Shown in pieces: positions 15,898 to 25,455 of a DNA stretch of 64,000 bases (position 1 is its first letter; each line of letters opens with the position of its first letter). The notes under the pieces were generated by a model. That model searched no databases and was not told the origin of the DNA. It worked only from the letters and a program-made list of their open reading frames with translations. The DNA comes from a virus. The stretch lies in IMG/VR virus record IMGVR_UViG_3300045988_076196, positions 32,001 through 96,000 of that record, one strand, 5' to 3'. A program made the position numbers and the translations under genes.

Positions 15898-17065
15898 GCT
15901 GCTAGATAGCAAGTTGATTGACTTGCAAGAATGGACGGCTCGTTGTCTTGGTGAAGATTATAGGGGTGTCTGGTCAGAGGAATATTTACGTCGATGTGCT
16001 GTGTTTGTAAGAAATATGCTCAATAGTGCAGACGATTGTGAATCAGACGAAAAAGACACCAATATTCTATCACAACTCAGAGAGGCTAAGCAGGAACTAG
16101 AGAAATCACGTCTTAAACTGCGCACAGAAAATCTTGAATATGCGGCAAATATGCGCGAGGTGGCACGACATGATATGCTTAATGAAGAAATTGTCGCAGC
16201 TATCAATCGGCTTGAACCAATCAAGTTTAGTCGTAAATTCGAGCCAGACCCAATTAAAGAGCAAATTGGTGTGTTGTGTATTGGCGACGAACATTATGGC
16301 ACAATGATTGATATGGATTCATTATTTGGTGAAAAGGTTAATGTGTATAATCCTGACGTATTCAAGGCGCGAATGGAAAAGCTGATGAATAATATCGAGG
16401 ATGACGCATATTCCGTATCAGCATTCAGCCGTTTGGTTGTGTTTGATATGGGGGATTCCATTCAGGGCGCACTTAGATTATCAGACCTTATGAAGCTCAA
16501 AGCTGGTATTGTAGATAGTGCTATGCAGTATGCCGAATATATCAGTCAATGGCTAGTTGAATTGAGTGAACGTCTACAAGTGCCGATTGAATATATCGCA
16601 GTTGGTGGTAATCATAGCGAATTGAGACTACTCAATGGCAAGAAGGGCGATTTCCAAGAAGATAACATTGCTAAGATCATTACACAGATTGTGCAGTTGC
16701 GACTTAAGGACAATCCAAACATTGAGGTTGCACCATATGCTGAATGTGGGTTTAAGTCAATTCAAGGTGTGAATATCCTAGCATATCATGGTGACGATAC
16801 CAAAGATGTAACTAGAGAAATCGCGTTCTTTGAGGATTATCATCAGATTGATATTGACATTCTACTACTTGGACATTTCCATCATCTTGAGCAACAGTCA
16901 GTTGGTATTGGTTTGAATACTGAAAAAGAGGTCATTAAATGTCCGTCCATTGTTGGTATTGATGATTATAGCAAGAAATGCCGCAAGTTGTCAAGAGCTG
17001 GTGCATTGCTCATGCTGTTTGAAGATGGGCAAAAGACGTGGACTAAGAAATATATTTTGAATTGA
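15866..17065 (+). CDS. Calcineurin-like metallophosphoesterase with an N-terminal coiled coil
   Basis: Ordered motifs GDEH, GDS.QG, GGNH, H and GHFHH. Confidence 0.7.
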   Translation: MNLQKIRQATELLDSKLIDLQEWTARCLGEDYRGVWSEEYLRRCAVFVRNMLNSADDCESDEKDTNILSQLREAKQELEKSRLKLRTENLEYAANMREVARHDMLNEEIVAAINRLEPIKFSRKFEPDPIKEQIGVLCIGDEHYGTMIDMDSLFGEKVNVYNPDVFKARMEKLMNNIEDDAYSVSAFSRLVVFDMGDSIQGALRLSDLMKLKAGIVDSAMQYAEYISQWLVELSERLQVPIEYIAVGGNHSELRLLNGKKGDFQEDNIAKIITQIVQLRLKDNPNIEVAPYAECGFKSIQGVNILAYHGDDTKDVTREIAFFEDYHQIDIDILLLGHFHHLEQQSVGIGLNTEKEVIKCPSIVGIDDYSKKCRKLSRAGALLMLFEDGQKTWTKKYILN

Positions 17066-17562
17066 TTCATTCTCTGCTAGGTGATAGCTAGTTTAGCTGT
17101 GTTAATCATGCTTGTGGGGCGATTGACCTATCTAGTAGAGTTGAATATATCTCATGTACCATGCGTACAAGGAGTTTTCAGAGCCGTGTATGGCGGCCCT
17201 TGTAAGACAAAAAAACATAACAGAGGGTGGCGCTAGATGCCCGATGGCGCTTGATAAATGGGGTTTTAATAGTTGTATCTAGGTATATACTGTAACTGCC
17301 TGTCGCTATGCCCATTGGCGGCTATGAATATCCGAAAGGAGGTCACTATTCTCTTGAATTATCCACTGGTTTATCCGAAGCATAATTAAAGAAAGGATGG
17401 TGGTCAGAGCCAATCGGCTCATATCTACAATAAGCCCAACTCAATGGGAACTGTTGTTTAACTGAATATTGAACCTTGACAAATACGAAGCAGCTGAGAG
17501 CAATCTTGGCTGCTTTGTCATATTTATAGGAAAATAAACGGAAAGGAAGGAAGTAGCAAAAT

Positions 17563-18387
17563 ATGTTTTGCCCATATTGCGGCAAGGAAAAGCAAGATAG
17601 CCAATTCTATAAAAGCCCAATTAAAACGGGCGAATATATTAAACCATGCAAGTCATGTGTAACTGAGCTATACAAACAAGCACTTGAAGCCACTAAAGAC
17701 CAAGGCGCGGCATTATGGTCAACTTGTATGCAGACTGGTATTCCTATGCGACGGGCTGAATATACCGCTTGTCTTGATACACTAGAAAAGGCGGCTAAAG
17801 GCAAAAAGCCTAGTCTATTTATGTTGTATCATACATACTTATCAACATCACCGGATAAATTGACTGGTGTATGGGATAGCGATATGGAGCTGTCTAATTT
17901 CAAGGATTTGGGCGATGTGGCTAAGAGCGAAACGGATGAAGTTGCATTAAAGGCAAGATGGAATCGTCAGTGGGGCGTTGATTATGAAGAATGGGAATAT
18001 CAGTGGCTTGATGACATATTTGATAGATATACGGAAGAAATTCTTGATATGGACACAGCTAAAGAGATGACATATAGGAATCTGTGTCAAGCCAATCTGC
18101 GTAAATTCAAAGACCCAACAGATAAAGACGCTGGGGATGAAATTCTTAAATTGATGAAGGTACTAAAACTAGACCAGTTTAAGGAAAATAAGCAGAGCGA
18201 TACAGAAAAATTCATTGAGCGCATGGCTTGGAATATTGAAAATACAAAACCGTGTGAATGTGAGGATTTGAATAAATATAAGGATTTTAGTGGATTTGAG
18301 CTGACTTGGAATCATATTATGAGAAGTTTGAAAAATCTATGCGCCGGATCAAAAGACTATCCAGACATCCCTGTTGATGAGCGATGA
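17563..18387 (+). CDS. Zn-ribbon protein; candidate small terminase by position only
   Basis: GGAAGGAAG SD upstream. The N-terminus has CPYCG...CKSC. It lies immediately upstream of the large terminase. Confidence 0.35.
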   Translation: MFCPYCGKEKQDSQFYKSPIKTGEYIKPCKSCVTELYKQALEATKDQGAALWSTCMQTGIPMRRAEYTACLDTLEKAAKGKKPSLFMLYHTYLSTSPDKLTGVWDSDMELSNFKDLGDVAKSETDEVALKARWNRQWGVDYEEWEYQWLDDIFDRYTEEILDMDTAKEMTYRNLCQANLRKFKDPTDKDAGDEILKLMKVLKLDQFKENKQSDTEKFIERMAWNIENTKPCECEDLNKYKDFSGFELTWNHIMRSLKNLCAGSKDYPDIPVDER

Positions 18388-18403
18388 TTGGTGGTGATAT
18401 GAA

Positions 18404-20248
18404 ATGAAGAGTCAAATGGGAGGACTTCGTAGGAAGTTTATGTCCAACCACTTAATCACGACCGAGGCATGGTCTGGTAAAAGCAAATCGGAAGAGAAAG
18501 AGCAAAACGCAATAGAGTGGCTGACTCTTTTTTAGTTCCGTAGGAATTGGCACATATATGTAGATATGGTGCTTGGTATTAAGCTAAGGCCATTCCAGAT
18601 GGTTATGATATATTTAATGGGTATATCTCCATTCTTTTATGCAATCTGTTCTAGAGGTTTGTCAAAATCATTTATGGCTGGACTTGGAGCAATATGTAAG
18701 ATGAATCTATATCCGTATAGCGAGATTGTTATTACATCGTCTACTGTTCAACAGGCTAATAAATTAGCTGATAAAAAGATACGCGATGAAATAATTAAGA
18801 AGCTCTCAAGTTATTTGTTATACATGTACGAGCATGAGTATATAGTTATAACAAAGCCGGATGATGGTACAAAGATAGAAAATAAGTTAAATGGCTCAAC
18901 TATTGTTGTATTGCCGTGTACTGAGGCAAGCCGTGGTGAACGTGCAACACTGCTTATTTATGAAGAGGTGCGTTTGCTTAAAAAGACAATTCTTGATGCG
19001 GTCTTTGAAAAGATGCCACACCCAAGACAGGCCAAATATATGGATAATCCTGTTTATGGGAATAATAAACGATGGATTGAAGAATGCCAGCGTATCTACA
19101 TTACGTCCGCAAGATATAAATATGAATGGTTTTGGCGTTCTTTTAAGAATGTGTTCACTCAGCATTTTATAGACAAGCGCGTCAATCATAATGTTTTTGC
19201 TGGTGATATATTTATGGCAATAGATAATCGCTTAAAGACGTGGGCTGATTATCGCAAAGACAAGGCGGAGTCTGAGATGGATTGGAAAATGGAAGACCTC
19301 AACCAGATGATAGGCGAGGCTGAGGATGCGTTTTTCACATACGAGCAATTTAAGACAGCGCAAATTTTACAGCATTGTTTTAGACCTCTTACATACCTTG
19401 ATTTCTTCTCTGGTGAACAGGTTGATTTTCCAGAGAAAAAGGAAGATGAAGTGCGACTCGTTGTGGTTGACTACGCATTTTCCAACACTACTGGTTGTAC
19501 AAAGAACGACAATACCATTATTACGCTCATGTCGGCGCATTGGGATAAAAAGAAAAATCGGTTTGAACGTCATATTGATTATATAGAGGGACATGATGCT
19601 TCTGACACAATAGGCGCATCTGATAGAGCGAGATACTTATGGTGGGTATATGATGCGGATTATCTATGTCCCGATGGACGCTCTGGTGGTGAAGTTCTAT
19701 TCAATCATATGACAGAGCCATTGTCTTGGCCGGAATTAGGACTTAGGTGGAATAAGCACGGATTAGGTCTTGCAGATAAATACCAGATGGTTCCACAAGC
19801 AAAATTGGATGATTATAGAAGTCGTGTCGTTGACAAAGATGCAGTTCCAGCTATTATACCCGTGATAGGCACACCAGAGTTGAACTCTACTGGTTGGTTG
19901 TCACTGCGTAAACAGCTTGAAACTAACAATATGAAATTCCTTATTTCTATGCAAGATTATCAGAATGAGCTAACAGATAGTGGTGAATATTATAAATATA
20001 CTGCTGAAGAATTAGTTAATCAGCTTGAGCCATACGGACAGACAGATATGACAATCATAGAGGCAGTTAATCTAAAGACGGTTATTAAGCAAGATAAAAT
20101 CAAACTAGAAGAACCGCGCACAGGAACTAAGGATAGAATTGTAACCATTATGTATGGAAATTATATTATTGACTTGATTGAGAACGCATGGCAACAACAG
20201 TTACAAGAAGATGAGTTTGATGTTGATTCGATTCAATTAGTATATTAG
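18404..20248 (+). CDS. terL: Terminase large subunit with an in-frame TAG at 18533-18535
   Basis: Walker A-like CSRGLSKS, Walker B-like LLIYEEV and nuclease-like VVVDYAFS. GGTGGTGA SD precedes the ATG at 18404, but there is no SD before the track start at 18566. The frame is continuous through the TAG (...AIEWLTLF*RRNWHIYVDMVLGIKLRPFQ). Confidence 0.8.
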
Positions 20249-20398
20249 TATTTGCCTATGAAGCGGTAGCTATGTTGGTGTGTTGCCGTGGAGGCACTAT
20301 TAGGGTTGTGTGGAATCCAAGTTCCAACTGAGGCTTAATCAAAAAAAGTTGAAAATAAAAACACTCAAAAAATATAAAACAAGGAAAGGAGGTTGAAG

Positions 20399-21976
20399 AT
20401 GCCAAAAAATAATGAAGATGTGAAGCTGTCTAAAAATGACCTTCAGGATATTATTGATTTTAGTGCAGGTCTGATGGCGGTTGATAATTTTTACTCACCA
20501 TTTCTGAGCAACCAGCTATTGACCAATCTAAACAATAATCCTCGTCTACCTAATGCAGAGGCGGTAAAAAAGGCGCTCAATGATTATAAGAATAGCGGCG
20601 CCGATTTACAGGGTTTTGTAGAATTTGCATCAGCGTTTGATATGATTTTCAAGCGCACTTTATATTCTTATGCAAATGCGCTATCTTTCGACCTTCAGAT
20701 AACGTGCAAAAATGCATATACAAAGGGCGACTATGAATCAGAGGAATATAAGAAAGACCGGCAGACAGTAGATAATTTCTTGACCAATTTTGATTACAAG
20801 AAAGAATTTTATAATGTTCTGCTAAATGTCTTAAAGCGCGACTCATATTTTACTTGGTTTAGAAAGACTAAGAGCGGTAATCGCGGCAAGATGAAGTATG
20901 CTCTACAAATTATGCCACAAGATTATTGTATGCTTACGGGGTACTTTGAAAAAGGGTTGCTGTGGTCTTTTAATGTACTGTATTTTATGCAACCGGGCGT
21001 AGATATTGAGGGATTTGACCCAAGTCTCAAAAAGACATATCTTGATGCGATTGAAAATGCTGAGTTAAATTACAAGCCGTCTGCGCCACTCGATAAACGT
21101 AATGGTAGTTATGCTCTATGGGCAGATGTATCACCACTTAATGGTGCTTATGCTTGGAAATTTTCTACAGATAACTTTGCTAACAATCCATTCTTATCGC
21201 CATATGTAGCAAATGTTTTACGTAGTGATGAGGTTGGAGAATTACAGTATAACAAAGATCTTATCTCTGCGGCTGGTATTCTAGCTGGTGAGATTAGATT
21301 ATTTGATTCAGCCAAGTCAGGCACGAAGGCGAATCAGTTCGCCATTGATCCGAAAACGCTTGGTGCATTTATGCAAAAGGCGGCTAATGGACTAAAGAAT
21401 GCTGCCAAACTAGCAGCTATACCACTTGAGAATATTAAATATTTCCAATTTGAGGATAAGAACCCAAATAGCTATACAAATGAGCTAACTACAACAGCTG
21501 GTATTGGTACTGGCATTAGCCGTGTTATCTATTCATCCGATAAGATGAGTAATGCTGAACTAGAGGCGGCGCTTAATGAGGTCTATCAGACCATGAAGCC
21601 AATGTATGCTCAGTTCAATAATTTCCTTGATTTCTATGTGAATCAAATGACAAGCAAATATAAGTTTAAGTTTGAGTTTGTTGGTTCTAACTATCAATTT
21701 GAGCGCGATGCTAGATTTGATAAGATGATGAAAATGGCTGATAAGGGGCTTGTACTCAATTCATCTGCATGGGCTAGTGCTGTTGGTATGAACCCTGTCA
21801 CATTTGATAGGATGCTTGCTGAGAGTAAATATACTGGATGGATTGATAAGTATTCGACCATGATGCTTAACGCTAATACATCGTCTTACAAAGATAATAA
21901 GGGCGGGCGTGAACGCAAGAACGCTAGAGATTTGACCGATTCAGGCGAAGCAAGCCGAGAAACATTAGAGGAATGA
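20399..21976 (+). CDS. Portal protein (by size and position)
   Basis: About 525 aa, directly after terL. AAAGGAGG lies upstream. Confidence 0.6.
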   Translation: MPKNNEDVKLSKNDLQDIIDFSAGLMAVDNFYSPFLSNQLLTNLNNNPRLPNAEAVKKALNDYKNSGADLQGFVEFASAFDMIFKRTLYSYANALSFDLQITCKNAYTKGDYESEEYKKDRQTVDNFLTNFDYKKEFYNVLLNVLKRDSYFTWFRKTKSGNRGKMKYALQIMPQDYCMLTGYFEKGLLWSFNVLYFMQPGVDIEGFDPSLKKTYLDAIENAELNYKPSAPLDKRNGSYALWADVSPLNGAYAWKFSTDNFANNPFLSPYVANVLRSDEVGELQYNKDLISAAGILAGEIRLFDSAKSGTKANQFAIDPKTLGAFMQKAANGLKNAAKLAAIPLENIKYFQFEDKNPNSYTNELTTTAGIGTGISRVIYSSDKMSNAELEAALNEVYQTMKPMYAQFNNFLDFYVNQMTSKYKFKFEFVGSNYQFERDARFDKMMKMADKGLVLNSSAWASAVGMNPVTFDRMLAESKYTGWIDKYSTMMLNANTSSYKDNKGGRERKNARDLTDSGEASRETLEE

Positions 21977-21980
21977 TATT

Positions 21981-22493
21981 ATGATGTTATCAGAAAGAAC
22001 AAGTGAAGCCCTAGATATTCTAGTTGGGCAGTATTTCCAGTTGAATCGCACGTTTGATCGTTGCGTATCGTGGATGGAAGTAAAATTTGCTATGCCAAAT
22101 GCGGCAAATATTATCCATCACAAATTAGCGCATCTCTGGCCGCTTATGGCTGATACTGTAAGTGACTTTAAGCATCAGTGGAACATTACTACATACTATC
22201 CTGAGACGCGCGGCGATAAGCGTGAATATGACAATCTTGAGCAAATGATGGATACTATGCTTAGAGAAACGCTTGATCTATATCAAGTCATCAAGCAGAC
22301 GTATTATATTGCAAAAGAAGAAAAAGATTTTAACGCAAACGCTATGCTACAAGATTTGATGGAAGATATGAATAAAGTTGTAGCACAGATTATTCTATTG
22401 GATGATAAAGCCAAACAGATGCCAACAGCATATGATGAATATGATCGGCACATTAATAGTTGGGGCATTGTTGGCTTGGAGGATTATCAATGA
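21981..22493 (+). CDS. Hypothetical head-module protein, probably helical
   Basis: ORF track, packed after the portal gene. Confidence 0.55.
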   Translation: MMLSERTSEALDILVGQYFQLNRTFDRCVSWMEVKFAMPNAANIIHHKLAHLWPLMADTVSDFKHQWNITTYYPETRGDKREYDNLEQMMDTMLRETLDLYQVIKQTYYIAKEEKDFNANAMLQDLMEDMNKVVAQIILLDDKAKQMPTAYDEYDRHINSWGIVGLEDYQ

Positions 22494-22666
22494 TTATCCT
22501 TGGAATCCCCAAGAATCCAGAAGATTATTTTATTGCTGATGATGCGCTTGCTTGGGAATTAGATAAGGCTGGCTTTTCAGCTAAATACCTAGACGAGGAT
22601 GCGCATTATTATAAGCGCAACGCAAAATTACTAAGATGGCTTGATAAGAATGGAATAGAAGGATAA
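22490..22666 (+). CDS. 58-aa hypothetical protein
   Basis: ATGA overlap with the preceding stop. The track start at 22460 was rejected. Confidence 0.45.
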   Translation: MIILGIPKNPEDYFIADDALAWELDKAGFSAKYLDEDAHYYKRNAKLLRWLDKNGIEG

Positions 22667-22691
22667 TACGCTAGAAAGGAGGAATCTATGA

Positions 22692-23111
22692 TTGGAAACA
22701 GTCAAGAATATTGCCGCAATTTTAGGAGCAATCCTTTCTTTGTCAGCGGTTATTACCTTATGTTGCAAACCTATTAAACTATATATTGCAAATGCTCTAA
22801 AAAAATATCAGAGCGAACAAGATGATAAAGTAAAACAAAATACCCTTAAAGCGACGCTCAAGCGAATTGAGAGTAAGCTAGATGCAACTATAGCATATAC
22901 AACTGAGGCGTGTCGTGGTGAAATCAAAAATATGTTCTATAAATATATAGATAATAAGACATTGCCATATTATGAAAAGATGCACATGATACAGATTGAG
23001 GATATTTATGTAAATAAGTTGCAAAAGAATCATTATACTAAGGGGCTTATTGAAGAAATGAAAACGTGGTCTGTTGACTATAGTGGTGTTGATTCACAAA
23101 ATGTCAATTAA
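22692..23111 (+). CDS. Membrane-anchored hypothetical protein
   Basis: AAGGAGG lies 9 nt before the TTG. The N-terminal TM segment is IAAILGAILSLSAVITLCC. Confidence 0.5.
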   Translation: METVKNIAAILGAILSLSAVITLCCKPIKLYIANALKKYQSEQDDKVKQNTLKATLKRIESKLDATIAYTTEACRGEIKNMFYKYIDNKTLPYYEKMHMIQIEDIYVNKLQKNHYTKGLIEEMKTWSVDYSGVDSQNVN

Positions 23112-23202
23112 CCATAAATTGGCGGCTTGGGCATAGCGCTCTTTGGGTCACCGTAGACGGGATGAATATCTCGTTATATCCTTGCAGAAAGGAGGAAGAT
23201 AA

Positions 23203-24876
23203 TTGGAAAAAATTGTATCATTGGCTGTTGATGATGTCCAAAAAATTGACTTTGATAGCTATTCTGATGATGAATTTGCTATAGCCAAAATGGGCTTTCT
23301 ATCAACTAGACCGAACGCGCACAATTTAATCATTGATGAAGATGTCTTACGTGAATCTGCGTCATCTGCTTTGAATAAATGGGTCGTTGCAGATATGTTT
23401 ATGGGAGAACCCACCACTCATACAAAGAATGAGCATATAGTTGGTAGAATCCCAAGAAGCCAAAGCGTTGAATTTGTCTATGATGATGATGGATACCTTA
23501 GAGCATATGTAGATACTGTTATCTCTAAAATTTACGCCAAGGATTTTTGCAAGGCGTTTGAGCAAGACAAGAATCGCGCTGTTTCTGTAGAAATGAAAAT
23601 TTTTACAGATGGGGAAGATGATAATATTGTTCAACGTTTTAACATTATGGGCGTAACAGTTTTGGGTAAAAGCATAAAACCGAGTTGTCCCGAATCTGAT
23701 ATAGAATTTGTCAGATTTTCAGAGGAGGATGCAGATAAGTTCTTCGAGAAACAGTCTGACTCTTTATCACAACTCAAGAATTTTGTTGAGGAGCGTAAAC
23801 AATCAATGGCTGAAAAATATGTAAACCATCCTATCAATACATCTAAGGATGCTGTATATACAGGTGAATGGGATGGTGATGAAGCAAAGAAAAATTTAGT
23901 CAAAGAGAAAAACTATAAGACTCTAGCGCCCAAGGTATGCCTCAGACTTGAGGAAGGTTGGGAAGATAGAGAGGTAACCAAACTGGGCTACCCCGTCATG
24001 GGACTATATGACGGTGAATGGCGTTATTCAACTAAAGCTCTATCATCTGCACTAGCCTATGCAAAGCAGAATGATGAGACTGAGGTTGTAAATAAAATTG
24101 AGGCTATCTATAAAAAGTTAGACCTTGATGACGATTCTGAAAGAAAGGAGGACAAGAAAATGGCTGAAATTGAATTTAGCGCGGTTGATATTGGCGATAT
24201 GTGGGGTAGACTATATAGCGCCATGCGCGAAGCTCGTAATTGGGAATATGGTATTCAGGGTATTTATGAGGAGGACAATAAGAAGTTTGCAATCCTTATT
24301 GATGATGCTAAGAAGCTATATCGGCTCGATTTTAGTCTGACTGAGGACGGTCTTACTCTTGCAGATGAGGTTGTTGAGGTAAAGCAGGAATTTACTGAGA
24401 CAGACAACATGAAGAAATTTGCCGAACCAGAGAATGTTGCTGAATATCGTCTAGCTGAATGTGACCATGATGATGACGAAGAAGATCATGAGATGTCTGC
24501 TGACGAAATGAAAGCTAAGATGGCTGAACTCGAAAAGGATATTGAATCCCGTGATAATATCATCATGGAAAAAGATGCAGAACTAGAAGAACTGCGCAAA
24601 TTTAAGGCAGAAGTTGAGGAACAGCGCAAAGCTGCAACCGTTGAATCTATTATGGCTGAATGCAAGGAATATATGTCTGATGAGCAGTATAAGGAAATGC
24701 GTGAAGAAGGCATGGCTTGCAAGATGGCTGAGATTGATGGTTGGACAAATAAGGTCAAGGCTGTATCTTTCTCTGCTGTAAAGAAGAATGTAAAGAAAAA
24801 TAATGATGGGCTGTTCCGCTTTGCGGCTCCTATCGACAATAACAAGAAATCAAACTCTGTTTGGGATAGAATTTAA
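23203..24876 (+). CDS. Prohead protease (HK97/S78-like N-terminal domain) fused to a coiled-coil scaffold
   Basis: The N-terminal pattern is H-x-VGRI ... DGYLRAYV ... AVSVEM. The C-terminal part is acidic and coiled-coil (MKAKMAELEKDIESRDNIIMEKDAELEELRKFKAEVEEQRK). It lies between the portal and capsid genes. Confidence 0.55.
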   Translation: MEKIVSLAVDDVQKIDFDSYSDDEFAIAKMGFLSTRPNAHNLIIDEDVLRESASSALNKWVVADMFMGEPTTHTKNEHIVGRIPRSQSVEFVYDDDGYLRAYVDTVISKIYAKDFCKAFEQDKNRAVSVEMKIFTDGEDDNIVQRFNIMGVTVLGKSIKPSCPESDIEFVRFSEEDADKFFEKQSDSLSQLKNFVEERKQSMAEKYVNHPINTSKDAVYTGEWDGDEAKKNLVKEKNYKTLAPKVCLRLEEGWEDREVTKLGYPVMGLYDGEWRYSTKALSSALAYAKQNDETEVVNKIEAIYKKLDLDDDSERKEDKKMAEIEFSAVDIGDMWGRLYSAMREARNWEYGIQGIYEEDNKKFAILIDDAKKLYRLDFSLTEDGLTLADEVVEVKQEFTETDNMKKFAEPENVAEYRLAECDHDDDEEDHEMSADEMKAKMAELEKDIESRDNIIMEKDAELEELRKFKAEVEEQRKAATVESIMAECKEYMSDEQYKEMREEGMACKMAEIDGWTNKVKAVSFSAVKKNVKKNNDGLFRFAAPIDNNKKSNSVWDRI

Positions 24877-24883
24877 CTAAATT

Positions 24884-24916
24884 TATAATTAAAGGAGACT
24901 ATTTAATTATGGCAAA
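24884..24916 (+). promoter_or_regulatory. 33-nt translation-initiation cassette, copy 1
   Basis: TATAATTAAAGGAGACTATTTAATTATGGCAAA is identical to 25423-25455. Confidence 0.6.
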
Positions 24917-25394
24917 GAATCATGCTATTTTCAATGGCACACACTGCGCTTTCTGGGATGTGGATGCTTACAATCTAGTTGGTATCGCTGCTACTGATAT
25001 CGACAACGCTACTTTCCTAACCCTAGGCGATATTAAGCTCAAGACAGATGGCGGCTATGAGTTTGCTGTTACTGCTGATGCTACTGATGGCGAGTACATT
25101 GCTGGCACTCCTACAGTTGGTTATGGTGTCGAGGCTCAAATTTTTGAAGACCCTCGCTATTTTACTAATGAAGCTGGTAAACCTATCTCTGTAAAGCATC
25201 TAGTTAAGGGCGATTGCATTGAGGTTGATATTAAGGCGTTTAGTGCAGACCCCACCACTTCTACTTATGCCAAGGTTGCCGCTGGCAAGCTGACTGGCTC
25301 TACTACTGCTTCTGACCCATTCAAGATTCTTGGCACTCACACTATTGATATTGGTGGCGAACTCGTTAAGACTTGGATTCTCATGAAGCAGTAA
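24909..25394 (+). CDS. Putative head decoration protein
   Basis: 161 aa, between the scaffold and major capsid genes (a lambda-like D-E order). It has the same strong initiation cassette as the capsid gene. Confidence 0.45.
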   Translation: MAKNHAIFNGTHCAFWDVDAYNLVGIAATDIDNATFLTLGDIKLKTDGGYEFAVTADATDGEYIAGTPTVGYGVEAQIFEDPRYFTNEAGKPISVKHLVKGDCIEVDIKAFSADPTTSTYAKVAAGKLTGSTTASDPFKILGTHTIDIGGELVKTWILMKQ

Positions 25395-25422
25395 TATCCA
25401 AACAATTACTATATAAATAAAA

Positions 25423-25455
25423 TATAATTAAAGGAGACTATTTAATTATGGCAAA
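25423..25455 (+). promoter_or_regulatory. 33-nt translation-initiation cassette, copy 2
   Basis: Identical to 24884-24916. Confidence 0.6.

Noticed and set aside
17346-17585. 79-aa minus-strand ORF in the 0.5-kb gap
   Set aside because: It is antisense to the surrounding rightward operon, overlaps the start of gene 17563, and has no SD.
18521-18540. Programmed +1 or -1 frameshift at the T6 run (CTTTTTTAG) as an explanation for the terminase TAG
   Set aside because: I translated both shifted frames. The -1 frame gives TTA GTT CCG TAG. The +1 frame gives AGT TCC GTA GGA ATT GGC ACA TAT ATG TAG. Both hit stops within 3-10 codons, and only straight readthrough continues into the terminase frame.
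20249-20392. tRNA or other small RNA gene in the terL-portal spacer; other gaps were also checked for T-loop GGTTCGAATCC-like words
   Set aside because: No cloverleaf-compatible sequence or T-loop consensus is visible here or in the other intergenic regions. This was an eye scan only, so tRNAscan-SE should confirm it.
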